Positions 10,450-20,581 of a DNA stretch of 64,000 nucleotides are shown here, piece by piece. A program made the translations under genes and the position numbers. The number at the start of each line of letters is the position of its first letter. Position 1 is the first letter of the stretch. The stretch is from an uncultured delta proteobacterium (GTDB lineage Bacteria > Desulfobacterota > Binatia > JACPRU01). A model generated the notes under the pieces. That model was given only the letters and a program-made list of their open reading frames with translations, made no database searches and was not told where the DNA came from. The stretch is from NCBI GenBank assembly GCA_963745025.1, contig CAVUWD010000019.1, positions 192,001 to 256,000 of the forward strand, written 5' to 3'.

Positions 10450-11994
10450 TCACTCAGGCCGCTCCGGAGCGACTGCGGGGTAGAGAGTCACGCTGCGGAA
10501 GGGCTCGCGACCGCGGCTCTCGGAGCCGAGGCCACGTTCCGCCGCGAGTATGTGCTGGAGCCTCCGCTCGGGCGCGGGCCGCGGCGGCAGTACGACCGGC
10601 CGATTCTCTGCTGAGACGGTCTCGGCGGCACGCTCTGCTTCGATTCGCGCCGCCTCGTAGGAGTGCTCGACCGCGAAGAGCCTCGACAGCAGCTCCTCGA
10701 TCTGCGCTTGCGTGTTGCTGCTGATGGCCATCACGGGAAGGCCCCGACGCTGCGCCTCGAGAAGCTTCGGCGGGGATTTACGGAGCAGGCTGCGCAGCGT
10801 CAGCACGAGGTCGGCATCCTTGAGATGAGGGGTGACGGCCGTCGCCACTCCGAGGGCACGGATCGCCCGCTCGAGCCGGCTGTAGCTCACGCCATAGGGA
10901 AAGATTCTCCGCGGAGCCTCGCTGCGGGACGGGTCGGCGGCACGCCCGCTTGGCCGGGCGGGCGGGGCGGCGGTGTGAATCTCGACGCTCCCATCGTCGC
11001 GCCGCTCGCGAATCTCGGGCGGCTCGGGGCGTCCTGCGAGCAGGGCGTCGACCGCCTCGGCAACGTTGTCGCAGACGGCGAACCGACGATGGCTCTGGAT
11101 CTCGATCAAGACGTCGAACGTCGGTGAGGCTCGGCGCTCGAGCACCGTCTTCTGGGTGCGGCGCCGACGCGCCTCCTCGTCTCCGAGCGTGACGGCTTCG
11201 ACACCGCCCAGGAGGTCCGCCAGCGTGGGATTCGCGAGCAGATTCTCGAGCGTCGTACCGTGCGCGGTGGCGATCAGCTGAACGCCCCGCTCGGCAATCG
11301 TGCGCGCTGCGAGCGCCTCGGCATGGGTGCCGATCTCGTCGACCACCACAACCTCCGGCATGTGGTTTTCGACGGCCTCGATCATCACCGAATGCTGAAG
11401 CTCCGAGGAAGGCACCTGCAGGCGTCTCGCCTTGCCGATCCCGGGATGCGGGATGTCGCCGTCCCCGGCGATCTCGTTGGAGGTGTCGACGATGACGACG
11501 CGCTTGCCGAGATCGTCGGCGAGGACGCGCGCCGCTTCGCGGAGAAGTGTGGTTTTGCCGACCCCGGGCTTGCCGAGCAGCAGCACGCTCTCGCCGCGGG
11601 CGAATAGATCTCGAACGATGTGAATCGTCCCGGTCACGGCGCGGCCGACTCGACAGGTGAGCCCGACGACCTCTCCGCGCCGGTTGCGCAGCGCTGCGAT
11701 GCGGTGGAGCGTACCCTCGATGCCCGCGCGGTTGTCGGACCCGAAGCTGCCGATGCGTGAGATCGTGTGGGCGATCTCGTCGTGCGACACCGGGTCACTA
11801 CCGAGCGGCCGTGCGCCGTAGGTGTAACGCGCTTCCGGAGCGCGACCGAGATCAAGGATGATCTCGAGAAGCGTGGACGGATCCTCGCTCTCCAGCGGAT
11901 GGCGCACGCGCTCGGGGAGCACGGCGAACAGCAGGCCGAGATCGTCGATCCGGACCTGCGCGGGCTCCTCGGGCCTAGGGTTGGTGGCGACCAT
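10450..11994 (-). CDS. Ycf45/SpoIIIAA-like AAA ATPase with C-terminal R3H-like domain
   Basis: LHRI, GLTCRVGR, GKPGVGKTT, DTSNEIAGDGD, EAVENHMP, RRLQH. Confidence 0.9.
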   Translation of the reverse strand: MVATNPRPEEPAQVRIDDLGLLFAVLPERVRHPLESEDPSTLLEIILDLGRAPEARYTYGARPLGSDPVSHDEIAHTISRIGSFGSDNRAGIEGTLHRIAALRNRRGEVVGLTCRVGRAVTGTIHIVRDLFARGESVLLLGKPGVGKTTLLREAARVLADDLGKRVVIVDTSNEIAGDGDIPHPGIGKARRLQVPSSELQHSVMIEAVENHMPEVVVVDEIGTHAEALAARTIAERGVQLIATAHGTTLENLLANPTLADLLGGVEAVTLGDEEARRRRTQKTVLERRASPTFDVLIEIQSHRRFAVCDNVAEAVDALLAGRPEPPEIRERRDDGSVEIHTAAPPARPSGRAADPSRSEAPRRIFPYGVSYSRLERAIRALGVATAVTPHLKDADLVLTLRSLLRKSPPKLLEAQRRGLPVMAISSNTQAQIEELLSRLFAVEHSYEAARIEAERAAETVSAENRPVVLPPRPAPERRLQHILAAERGLGSESRGREPFRSVTLYPAVAPERPE

Positions 11995-12108
11995 CGCCGC
12001 CAGTATATCCTAGGCGTTTGATGGCGGAATTGAAAATCGGTTTTCGGTCGCGGCTCGAAGGCCGACGGACGTTTCGACTTTGGCCGGTCCTCGGGCTAAA
12101 CAACGGCC

Positions 12109-12909
12109 ATGGAGCGGCACCTTCAGGTAGCAATCGCGGCGGCACGAGCCGCAGGCGAGATCGCGATGCGCCATTTCCGTACCGGCGTGGCGGTCGAGAC
12201 CAAGGCCGATCGCTCGCCCGTCACTGAGGCCGACCGCGCCTGCGAGCGAAAGATCGTCGAGATTCTTCGCGGCGCATTCCCCGCTTACGGATTCTTTGGC
12301 GAAGAGTTCGGAGAGGAATCGGGTCGGACCACGAAGCGCTGGATCATCGACCCGATCGACGGGACGAAGAGCTTCGTGCGGGGCATCCCGTTCTTCGCGA
12401 CCCTCATCGGTCTCGAAGAAGACGGCGAAGTCACGGTAGGCGTGGTCCACGCGCCGGCCACGAGCGAGCTTCTCTATGCGACCCGAGGCGGCGGAGCCTA
12501 CGACGAGGCGGGCAAGCGTTTGCGCGTGAGCGACGTCGACCGGCTCTCGGCCGCGATGGTGAGCTTCGGCGGTCTCAAGATCTTCCGGCGCGGCCGTTGG
12601 TCGGCCTTCGAGCGGCTCGTCGAGGCGACCGCGCGCCAGCGGGGTTACGGCGACTATCTCGGCAGCACGGCGGTCATCCGCGGCTGGAGCGAGGCCATGC
12701 TGGAGCTCGACGTCAAGCCCTGGGACCTGGCCCCGCTCAAGATCCTCGTCGAGGAGGCGGGTGGCCGTCTGACGGATTTTTCCGGGCAGGTTACGATCTA
12801 CGGCGGCTCAGCCGTCGTCACCAACGGTAGGATCCACGATCAGGTGCTCGAGATCCTCGACGCGACGGCTCCGCCGAATCTCGTCAACCGTAGCGACGCT
12901 CGAGCTTGA
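12109..12909 (+). CDS. Inositol monophosphatase family, HisN-like histidinol-phosphatase
   Basis: KADRSPVTEAD, GEE, WIIDPIDGTKSFVRG, KPWDLAP. Confidence 0.88.
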   Translation: MERHLQVAIAAARAAGEIAMRHFRTGVAVETKADRSPVTEADRACERKIVEILRGAFPAYGFFGEEFGEESGRTTKRWIIDPIDGTKSFVRGIPFFATLIGLEEDGEVTVGVVHAPATSELLYATRGGGAYDEAGKRLRVSDVDRLSAAMVSFGGLKIFRRGRWSAFERLVEATARQRGYGDYLGSTAVIRGWSEAMLELDVKPWDLAPLKILVEEAGGRLTDFSGQVTIYGGSAVVTNGRIHDQVLEILDATAPPNLVNRSDARA

Positions 12910-13423
12910 TCGAGCAGGTTCCCGCCTTGAGCCTGAGCGTGATCGACGTCCCCGCCTGCGCGACAGGAATCTTCATCTCCGCGCACGCTTCTTGCTGTTG
13001 GTCGGGCCCGAGGAAGCCACGGAACGCGAACACGACGACCTCTTCTGCCTGCGTGTCGATCTCGACGACGAAAGGTCCCGGCTTGACCAACTTGGCTTCG
13101 CCGAGAAATCGTCCCGGACATTTCGGGAAGAAGAAGAGCTGCGGCGAGCACGCTTCGTAGACCGCCACCCCGAGAGGCATGTGCTGAAGCGTTGGGAACG
13201 TCTGCAGCGGACGGGGCTTGGCGGGCTTCGCGACCGACTCTCCCGATTGCGGCGTTGCGGCGGCACTCGGCATGGAGGGAGTCGGCGTAGGCTCGACGAC
13301 GTCCTCGACCATCCCGATCAGCCGGATGCTCTCGCGAGGGGCTTTGAGGGCCGGCGTGCACGCGATGGCGCCAGCGAAAAGCACAACCGCCGCTACCCCG
13401 ACGCTCTTCTCCCGCAACGTCAT
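12884..13423 (-). CDS. Hypothetical lipoprotein
   Basis: Signal peptide with lipobox-like AIAC, Pro/Ala linker, four further Cys. Confidence 0.65.
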   Translation of the reverse strand: MTLREKSVGVAAVVLFAGAIACTPALKAPRESIRLIGMVEDVVEPTPTPSMPSAAATPQSGESVAKPAKPRPLQTFPTLQHMPLGVAVYEACSPQLFFFPKCPGRFLGEAKLVKPGPFVVEIDTQAEEVVVFAFRGFLGPDQQQEACAEMKIPVAQAGTSITLRLKAGTCSIKLERRYG

Positions 13424-13433
13424 TCGGATGAGA

Positions 13434-13655
13434 TCAGGAAGCCGCGCGACGAACCGGTTTGCGCTTCGTGTCGTCGCTCGAGCCGAAGAGATTCGTCATC
13501 GCGTCTTTGAGGCTCTCATAGCAGGGCCGGCACATCTCGGAGCGCCAGTTCCAAGCGGCGAGGCTCGGCCGCTCGCGGCTCTCGACGGTAACTTCGATGA
13601 GGTCGTCGGGTCCTTCGACCTCCGTATTACAACGATCGCAGTAGAAGCGGACCAT
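13434..13655 (-). CDS. Small zinc-ribbon hypothetical protein
   Basis: CDRC...CRPC; SD GAGGAG before ATG. Confidence 0.7.
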   Translation of the reverse strand: MVRFYCDRCNTEVEGPDDLIEVTVESRERPSLAAWNWRSEMCRPCYESLKDAMTNLFGSSDDTKRKPVRRAAS

Positions 13656-13873
13656 GCTTTTTCTCCTCGCGCCGACCGGCCTACTCATGCCGCAAATTCG
13701 CGGGAAAGGGAACTGTGGGGCGTATTCTCATCGCGTTGGACGATGGCTCTTGGCAGGCCGCTCACCGTGAAGCCGTTGGGGGGCTAGAAATATCGCCGCC
13801 GCCGGCGCAGCGAGGCGGCAACCGAGCTTCTGGAGGGGAGGGGCGATCGCGAACGGTGTGGCGAAGTGCGCCG

Positions 13874-15097
13874 CTACGACAGCTCGCGGCTCGAGTACCC
13901 GAAGATGCGCCGAGCGACGATCAGCATGTTGATCTGCTGCGTCCCTTCAAAGATGTCGTTGATCTTCGCGTCGCGCATCCACTTCTCGACCAAGAGCGAG
14001 CGCGAGTAGCCGAGCGGGCCGAGGATTTCGACTGCCTTCTGAGTGATCTGCGTGACCGCGAGACCGGCCTTGGCCTTGGCCATCGAGGCTTCGAGATTGT
14101 TGGGTATGCCGCGGTCCATCATCCATGCGGCCCTCCAGGTGAGCAGGCGGGCGGCTTCGAGAAGCGTTTCCATCTCCATGAAGTCACGCTCGACGGCGGC
14201 GAGCTTCGAGGCGGGGATGCCGTAACGAATCGGGATTCCCTCCTTTTGCAGCGTCTCGCGTAGGAACTCGATCGTCGCTCGACCGATTCCGATTGCGCTC
14301 GCGGCCACGGCCGGTCGGGTCGCGTCGAAGGTGGCCATTACCCCCTTGAAGCCTTCGGAAGTCCTGGGGATCTCCGGGCTGCCGAGAATGTTGTCGAGCG
14401 GCACGCGGCAATCCTCGAGGATGAGCATCGCCGTGTCCGAGGCGCGTATGCCGAGCTTGTGCTCGAGCTTTGCGACGCCGATGCCCGGCGTGCCGTGCTC
14501 GACGATGAACGCTTTGATGCCGACGCGTCCGGCCGACTTGTCCACGGTCGCCCAGACCACCACGAAGCCTTCCGATTCGAGCAGCGCCTTGTGTCCCGCG
14601 GTGCAGAAGATCTTTGTGCCGTTCAGCACCCAGTGATCCCCGTCCCGCACCGCCGTCGTTTGGATCGCGGAGGAGTCCGAGCCACAGCCGGGCTCGGTGA
14701 TGGCCATCGCGGCCCACTTCGGCTTTCCGCTGCGGAACCGGGAGAGGAAGCGAGCCTTCTGCTCCGGAGTTCCCGCAGCGGCGACGGCGGCACCGCCGAG
14801 CCCGGGGCCTGCCATCGACAGATAGAGCCCGGCGTCGCCCCAAGACAGCTCCTCGATCGACACGGCGAGCTGGAGGTTGCGTTCGGGTGCGGGCCCATCC
14901 TCCTTCGTCGGCTTCTTTCCGGCTAGATTGGCGTCCGAGCCCTGCGTCGCTTGCCACATGAAATCGATGAAGTCCCAGGGAATCGTGTGCTCTTCCTCGT
15001 CGAATTGGCGGGACACGGGGCGCATGAACGCTTCGGCTGCCCCGTGAACCATCGCCTTCAGATTTTGGGCGGCCTCGGACAGCTCGAAATCGATCAT
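13874..15097 (-). CDS. Acyl-CoA dehydrogenase (FadE23-like)
   Basis: EELSWGDAG, AMAITEPGCGSD, KLGIRASDT, IFEGTQQI with catalytic Glu. Confidence 0.95.
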   Translation of the reverse strand: MIDFELSEAAQNLKAMVHGAAEAFMRPVSRQFDEEEHTIPWDFIDFMWQATQGSDANLAGKKPTKEDGPAPERNLQLAVSIEELSWGDAGLYLSMAGPGLGGAAVAAAGTPEQKARFLSRFRSGKPKWAAMAITEPGCGSDSSAIQTTAVRDGDHWVLNGTKIFCTAGHKALLESEGFVVVWATVDKSAGRVGIKAFIVEHGTPGIGVAKLEHKLGIRASDTAMLILEDCRVPLDNILGSPEIPRTSEGFKGVMATFDATRPAVAASAIGIGRATIEFLRETLQKEGIPIRYGIPASKLAAVERDFMEMETLLEAARLLTWRAAWMMDRGIPNNLEASMAKAKAGLAVTQITQKAVEILGPLGYSRSLLVEKWMRDAKINDIFEGTQQINMLIVARRIFGYSSRELS

Positions 15098-15129
15098 CGG
15101 GGTTCCTCCCTACCAATCGGTGCGGGGTC

Positions 15130-16260
15130 TCAAACGATCGCCATGCCCTCGAAGCTCGCGAAGCCTCGCGCGTTGCGAAGCCAGAGCTCGACGAGGTGGT
15201 CGCGGATGTAGCCGTGCCCGCCGAGGACCTGCACGGCATTGTCGGTGACTTTCAGCGCCATGTTCGCGGCGTAGTGCTTCGCGAGGTACGCCTCGCGGGT
15301 GGCGTCCTCGCCGCGGTCGAGCTTCCAGGCGGCTTCCCACACGAGCAGCCGCGTGGCATCGATCTCGATCGCCATCTCGGCAAGCATGAACGCGATCGCC
15401 TGCTTCTGTGCGATCGCGACGCCGAAGGCCCTCCGCTCCTTCGCGTAGTCGCGCGCATAGTCGAAGGCGGCGCGCGCCACACCCACCGCGAGCGCGCCGA
15501 GCGCGACCCGAGAGCAGTTCATGAGTCGCGCGAAATCGATGCCGCGATCGCCACCCAGCCGGCATTCCGCGCCGACGCGCACGTCGCTCAGCGTAATCTC
15601 GTGCGAGCGAAGCGCCTTGATCCCCATGTTCTTCTCCGGCGGGCCGATCTCGAGCCCCGGAGCGCCGCGCTCGACGAGGAACGCTCCCACCGCCCGATAG
15701 CCTTCAGCTGGGTTCTCGGACGGCGGTCGATCGGCGTGCCGCGCATAGACGAGCACGGTCTCCGAGCCGTCGGCGAGCGGCACGAACGCCTTTCGCCCGC
15801 GCAGCACGAAGCCATTCTTCTCCGCGATCGCGGTGGTCGTCAACGCGGAGAGGTCGAAGTGAAGGCTCGGCTCCACGACGGCGGCGGTCGCCGCGCGGAA
15901 CTCCGCCTGTGTGAAGGCAGGCAGGAGACGCTTCTTCTGGTCTTCGGTTCCATGCTCGAGAAGCGGGTGGACGAGGAGGCGGGGGGCAAGCACGTGGAGC
16001 GCGATCGACAGATCGCCGTAACCGAGCTCCTCGAGCACGATCGCGCCAGTGAGCGCGGAACGGGCATCGCCGAAGCCTCCGTAGGACTCGGGGATCACGC
16101 CGGCCACGAGCCCGAGCTTCCACGCCTTGGCGACTACCGATTCCGGAGCCTCTCCCCGTTCGTCTGCGTCGCGCGCCAGCGGGCGTATCTGCTCGATGGC
16201 GAACGCGGCGACAGTCTCCTGGAGGAGTCTCTGATCTTCGCTGAGCTCGAAGCTGACCAT
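15130..16260 (-). CDS. Acyl-CoA dehydrogenase (FadE24-like, short C-terminus)
   Basis: EELGYGD, RRAFGVAIAQKQ, AVQVLGGHGY; ends shortly after FEG. Confidence 0.93.
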   Translation of the reverse strand: MVSFELSEDQRLLQETVAAFAIEQIRPLARDADERGEAPESVVAKAWKLGLVAGVIPESYGGFGDARSALTGAIVLEELGYGDLSIALHVLAPRLLVHPLLEHGTEDQKKRLLPAFTQAEFRAATAAVVEPSLHFDLSALTTTAIAEKNGFVLRGRKAFVPLADGSETVLVYARHADRPPSENPAEGYRAVGAFLVERGAPGLEIGPPEKNMGIKALRSHEITLSDVRVGAECRLGGDRGIDFARLMNCSRVALGALAVGVARAAFDYARDYAKERRAFGVAIAQKQAIAFMLAEMAIEIDATRLLVWEAAWKLDRGEDATREAYLAKHYAANMALKVTDNAVQVLGGHGYIRDHLVELWLRNARGFASFEGMAIV

Positions 16261-16329
16261 CGATTCACTCCTGTGTCGGTTCGTTGCGTGAGGTCTTGCT
16301 CGGTCGACGGGCGCGGCCTGCGCCGAGCC

Positions 16330-16496
16330 AGATCGAGAACTGTTCGGTCGCCGCGTGCATCGTCGGGAAACAGGCCCTTGGTCTGGCGGACGCGCACAGT
16401 ATTGGCGAGGAACTCGTGGAAGCGACGCATCATCTACCGGAAGCGCTCAGACAGAGCCGCGTGGGTATCGGGAGCTTCGACCGTCGGCGTGACCAT
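16330..16496 (-). pseudogene. Possible decayed TetR-type ligand-binding domain
   Basis: MVTPTVEAPDTHAALSERFR*MMRRFHEFLANTVRVRQTKGLFPDD with in-frame TAG at 16434-16436; no HTH found. Confidence 0.3.
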
Positions 16497-16599
16497 GAAC
16501 CGTCGATGATGGCTGCGGGTTGCCTGCTCGACGCACGTGTCGGCGCCGGCGTGGAGCGCCGCTGCGCGATGTGTCAACGCAAAATCCTCGAGGTGCAGC

Positions 16600-17388
16600 T
16601 CAATTCCGGAAGATCCTCCGAACCTGCTCGGACGAAGCCGTGGCGCGCAGCAGCACGCCCGGGGCGGCATCGCCGGGAGGGGCCATGAAATCGCCCGGAC
16701 CACGGTACTGAAGCACTGCGTGGGGCAAGGCCTCGGCGAACCAGTAGGTGGCGTCTCCTGCGGTGCCGCTCTTCGGGCGAACCCGCAGCCGGAGCGCTGG
16801 CACGCGGGTGCCGAGCACCTCGAGCGTCTCTTTACCATCGAAGGCGACCTCTACCGGCACCGCGGAATTCCGCAGCCAGACGTGGATCGGAACAGGAGGA
16901 TGGTCCGCGGTGAAGCTCGAGAGCGCGGTGCAGAGCGCGAGATAGGTATAGGTGTCGGCCGGAACTTGCGCGGGCTCGCCCGTCAGCGGGTTCGAGCCCC
17001 CGGACTGGAAGACGACCGTGGTTTCTTCCGGTGTCTCGAGGTGACGGTGAATGCGATGGAAGCCGAGCATGCGCATGCGACCTCCCTCCTCGGCGAGAAG
17101 CAGGATGGTTTCGCGACGGTCGCCGTTGGCAAGCGGCAGGGTCATGCTCGTCTTGCGGTAGTTCTGCCCGTTAACCGTGGCCTCCTCCGTTTGCAGCCGG
17201 CCGCTCTCGATCTCGCGCAAGCTCTCCGGGAGGGCCTGCGCTCCGCCAGCCGGCAGGATCTCGAAGTTGACCCACAGCGAGCGCTCGGGAGGCAAGGGCG
17301 AGAGCGGCAGTAGCTCGGCCAAGGCGGGGGTGCAGGAGAGGGCCGACGCCATCGCGAGCCAGACGAGAGCGAACGAAGCTCGCTTCAG
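16600..17388 (-). CDS. Exported hypothetical protein (start uncertain)
   Basis: Signal-peptide-like KRASFALVWLAMASALSCTPALA, beta-rich body. Confidence 0.6.
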   Translation of the reverse strand: MKRASFALVWLAMASALSCTPALAELLPLSPLPPERSLWVNFEILPAGGAQALPESLREIESGRLQTEEATVNGQNYRKTSMTLPLANGDRRETILLLAEEGGRMRMLGFHRIHRHLETPEETTVVFQSGGSNPLTGEPAQVPADTYTYLALCTALSSFTADHPPVPIHVWLRNSAVPVEVAFDGKETLEVLGTRVPALRLRVRPKSGTAGDATYWFAEALPHAVLQYRGPGDFMAPPGDAAPGVLLRATASSEQVRRIFRN

Positions 17389-18060
17389 TCGTGACCCCCT
17401 CCGTCGCGGAACGACACGAGCTCCAGCGTGGTGACGGGTCTCGCCCGCTCTTTGGCGTGAACTTCGCTCTTCACGAGCCCGACGCCCGGCGCATACCAGT
17501 CGGCGTAGCGGAACGTCACCTCGTCTTGCGGCGAGCGCATCGAGCGCGACGCCAGAACGCCCTCCAAACGGAGGCATCCGGGGAAGATTCCCGCGCGCAC
17601 ACGCACCACCTCGGCACGCGGTTGCGCGACCGGAACCATCAGCGCCCGGTATCCGCTCCCGGCGTCGGCGCGCAAGATGTCGAAGTCGCTTTCCCACTCG
17701 CGATGCTCGTTCGGGTCTGCCGGCGGCACCTTCTCTCCTCCTTTGCCGAGAGAAAGCTCACGGAGCTCGCCGCCGACGTCGTAGTTCAGTGCCGAAAACT
17801 TATAGAGAAATGGACCGCGACGGTAGTAGACGATGGAATGCAGACCGACGTCGAGATCGAATTCACCGCGTACCCCCAAGCGCTCGAGCACAACCCGACC
17901 TTCGGCATCCCGAACCTGATGGACTCCAGAGCGTGCCGGGATCCAGCGGGAAGAATTCGCCGCGGTGGGCGATCCCGTTGGCCGGGCTAGACCGCAGATC
18001 CGCGCAGCCGCAGAGCCCAGCGGCCGTCCACAGAAAAGCAATCGGGATCCAGAGCCGCAG
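17385..18060 (-). CDS. Hypothetical lipoprotein, frameshift near 17925 (start approximate)
   Basis: Lipobox LCGC and FFPLDPGTLW in one frame, continuing to V.VRAGIF..C and WYAPGVGLVK in another. Confidence 0.6.
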
Positions 18061-18199
18061 GTGTATGGAACCTCCCGTTCGGTCCCCGCCGCAGCGGGCT
18101 GAGGCTCGAACGATACGCAGGCAATCGAATCGAGGCAATCGGATCGATTGACCGAAGCGGGCCGGCGCGCCTATGGTACGCCTCGACTAGGCGGCTTTC

Positions 18200-18751
18200 A
18201 TGCATCTCACGCGATTGCTGGGCGTGATCGTGTTGATCGCCGCGGGATCCGGGCCCGCGCGCGCGGACATCTTCGTCTGGCGTGACGCCGCGGGGGTCAG
18301 TCACTACACGAACGACCTGGCGAACGTACCGCCGGAGTACCGGGCGGAAGCGATGACCGTGGCGAAGGACTGGGCGCGGGCGGCGCCTCCGCCCGAGCCG
18401 GTCGCGATGCCGGCAGTGGCGACCGTCGCGGTGAATCCGGGCGCTCTGCCAGCGGCCCGCGATGGTTACGAGGCGGCGTACCTCGCGGGATTTCGTGCTG
18501 GCAAGCATGGCGAACCCGCGTACGGCGGTCCTCCAGCTAGCGCAGCTTCGGTGGCGCAGAACGAGGAGGTCCCGCCGCAGAGCGGCGTGGTCGCAGATCG
18601 TCTCGTGCCGGTGCTGGTCGATCGGCGCCAGTCGCGAGCGCCCCAGCGCGATGCGAGCCGAGACGACGACCTTCGTGATCGGTTCTCACCCTCGGAGCCC
18701 TCACCGTTTCTGCAGGGCCCGGCCGGCTCCCCGCCGGTCTCTGCCCGCTGA
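18200..18751 (+). CDS. DUF4124-domain exported protein
   Basis: Signal peptide then ADIFVWRDAAGVSHYTNDLANVP. Confidence 0.8.
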   Translation: MHLTRLLGVIVLIAAGSGPARADIFVWRDAAGVSHYTNDLANVPPEYRAEAMTVAKDWARAAPPPEPVAMPAVATVAVNPGALPAARDGYEAAYLAGFRAGKHGEPAYGGPPASAASVAQNEEVPPQSGVVADRLVPVLVDRRQSRAPQRDASRDDDLRDRFSPSEPSPFLQGPAGSPPVSAR

Positions 18752-18868
18752 CGAGTTCGCTTCGCGAATCGTCAGCCGGCTACTGGAGATGGCCGGCAGC
18801 TGCAGCAAGTGGAGGAAGGTCCCGCCCTGTTGAGGACGGCCCGCCAAGTCAACGCTGCGCAGGGTGAC

Positions 18869-19585
18869 TCAGGGGAAGATACGGAAGATACGGAAGATAC
18901 GATCGACGAGCTGGTCGAGGTGGGTGATCACGGCCGCACTCGACACGCCGCGGCGATCGAGCTGCAGGGCGGCGAGCCCCGCCTCCGTTGCGGCGCGACG
19001 GTCGAGTGGCTCGGAGTCGCCGACGTGCAGCGTTGCGGCGCCCGGGGTGGCGATCGCGCAAAGGGCTGCCTCGAAGATTCGGCGATCGGGCTTTGCGAAC
19101 CCGCACTCGCTGGACAGCACGACCGCGTCGAACGCCGAGGCGAGACCGAGCGCATCAAGAAGGCGTCGCAAGCGGCCGTCGAAGTTCGAGACGACCCCGA
19201 GTCGTAGACCGCGGTCGCGAAGCAGGCGGAGCACGGGCTTCACGTCCGCGTAGGTGCGCCACGCTGCGGCCGTGGCGTAATGTTCGAAGACGCCGGCGAA
19301 GGCGCTGTCGAGCGCCACGGGTGACGTGTCGACGCGCGCGCGCGCAAACGCATCGAAAACCAAGCGTCTCCACCACGCGCGCTCCAACGACGCCAACTCA
19401 CCGGCTGGGGCATGCGGAAATGCGAGCGGTGTCGATGCGGCGAAGGCGGCGCGGAAGGCGTCGTCGAGCACGAGCGGCTCGGCCGAAACCCCCTCCTGGC
19501 GGGCGAATCGTGCGTAGGTCTCCCCGACGGGCTCGGCGACGTCGAACAGCGTTCCGGCGGCGTCGAAGAGGACCGTACGGATCAC
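18869..19585 (-). CDS. HAD-IA hydrolase (REG-2-like)
   Basis: FDAAGTL, VVSNFD, KPD, HVGDS. Confidence 0.92.
   Translation of the reverse strand: MIRTVLFDAAGTLFDVAEPVGETYARFARQEGVSAEPLVLDDAFRAAFAASTPLAFPHAPAGELASLERAWWRRLVFDAFARARVDTSPVALDSAFAGVFEHYATAAAWRTYADVKPVLRLLRDRGLRLGVVSNFDGRLRRLLDALGLASAFDAVVLSSECGFAKPDRRIFEAALCAIATPGAATLHVGDSEPLDRRAATEAGLAALQLDRRGVSSAAVITHLDQLVDRIFRIFRIFP
18874..18900. repeat. 9-bp tandem repeat (GGAAGATAC)x3
   Basis: Perfect triplication encoding RIFRIFRIF at the HAD C-terminus. Confidence 0.9.
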
Positions 19586-20490
19586 GTCGCGAGCTCGAAT
19601 CCCTGCACCCAGTCCTCGACCGGCACCTGCCAGAACTGGATCAGCACGCCGAATGCGGACCGCGGGTGCAGAAAGGCGGTTCGCCGGCCTGGTGCGAAGT
19701 CGAAGCGGTCGACGATCGCGGCTCCGGCGCGTTCGAATGGGGCGAGCGCGGCGTCCAGATCCTCGACGTCGATCGACAGATGATGCATCCCTTCCCCGCG
19801 TCGAGCGAGGAAGCGCGAGAGAAAGCTCTCGGGCCGCGCCGGTTCCATCAACTCGAGGCGGTAGTCGCGAAGTCGCATCTGTAACAGCCGAAAGCTCCGG
19901 TCGTAGCCGAGATGCGGCTCGACCTCGAGGCGGCCGGCGAAGTGGCGTTCGAAGAAGGCGAGGGCGGGCCCGACGCGCTCGAGGGCGAGAGAGAGATGGT
20001 CTACCTGCCAGCGCACGCCGTTCTTGGCGACGATTCCGCCAGTGCTCGGGGCCTCGAGCGCGGCGGAGTCCTGTTGCTGCCAGAATTGGATCAGCGTCCC
20101 GAATGCCGAGCGCGGATGAACGAACGCGGTCTTGTGGCCGTCTCCTTCATCGAAACGGTCGACGATCCGAACCCCGTCGGACTCGAGTCGCTCGAGCTGC
20201 GGATCGAGCCGCTCGATCTCGAAGGACAGATGATGAAATCCCTCACCACGCTTGGCGAGGAACCGCTCGACGAAGCTCGCGGGGCGAGCGCTCTCGATGA
20301 GCTCGATCTTGAAGCTCCCGATCGTGAAGTCCGTCCAGGAGAATTCCGGCCGCTCGCCGTATCCGACCCGCTCCGGCTCGTTCAACCGAGCCGGAAAATA
20401 CTCGAGAAAGAAGTCAAGCGCCTGATTGATCGAGCGGACGGCGATCGATACGTGGTCGACGCGCAAATTGGGAACGCTCGGCGAGGTCAT
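19582..20490 (-). CDS. Tandem two-domain VOC protein (methylmalonyl-CoA epimerase-like)
   Basis: Two copies of VDH.S.A ... EL.E ... RFLA.RGEG.HHLS ... TAF.HPRSAFG.LIQFWQ. Confidence 0.85.
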   Translation of the reverse strand: MTSPSVPNLRVDHVSIAVRSINQALDFFLEYFPARLNEPERVGYGERPEFSWTDFTIGSFKIELIESARPASFVERFLAKRGEGFHHLSFEIERLDPQLERLESDGVRIVDRFDEGDGHKTAFVHPRSAFGTLIQFWQQQDSAALEAPSTGGIVAKNGVRWQVDHLSLALERVGPALAFFERHFAGRLEVEPHLGYDRSFRLLQMRLRDYRLELMEPARPESFLSRFLARRGEGMHHLSIDVEDLDAALAPFERAGAAIVDRFDFAPGRRTAFLHPRSAFGVLIQFWQVPVEDWVQGFELAT

Positions 20491-20581
20491 CCAGCGAACG
20501 CTAGGGGAGGCACCGGGTCGAGTCAATTCAGGTCCGTCGCTTGACTTCTTGCAAAGGCCAGTGACGCTGTCGGTAGCGCCA

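Noticed and set aside
16434-16436. In-frame TAG as recoding
   Set aside because: The surrounding frame is short and lacks an N-terminal domain; decay is the simpler explanation
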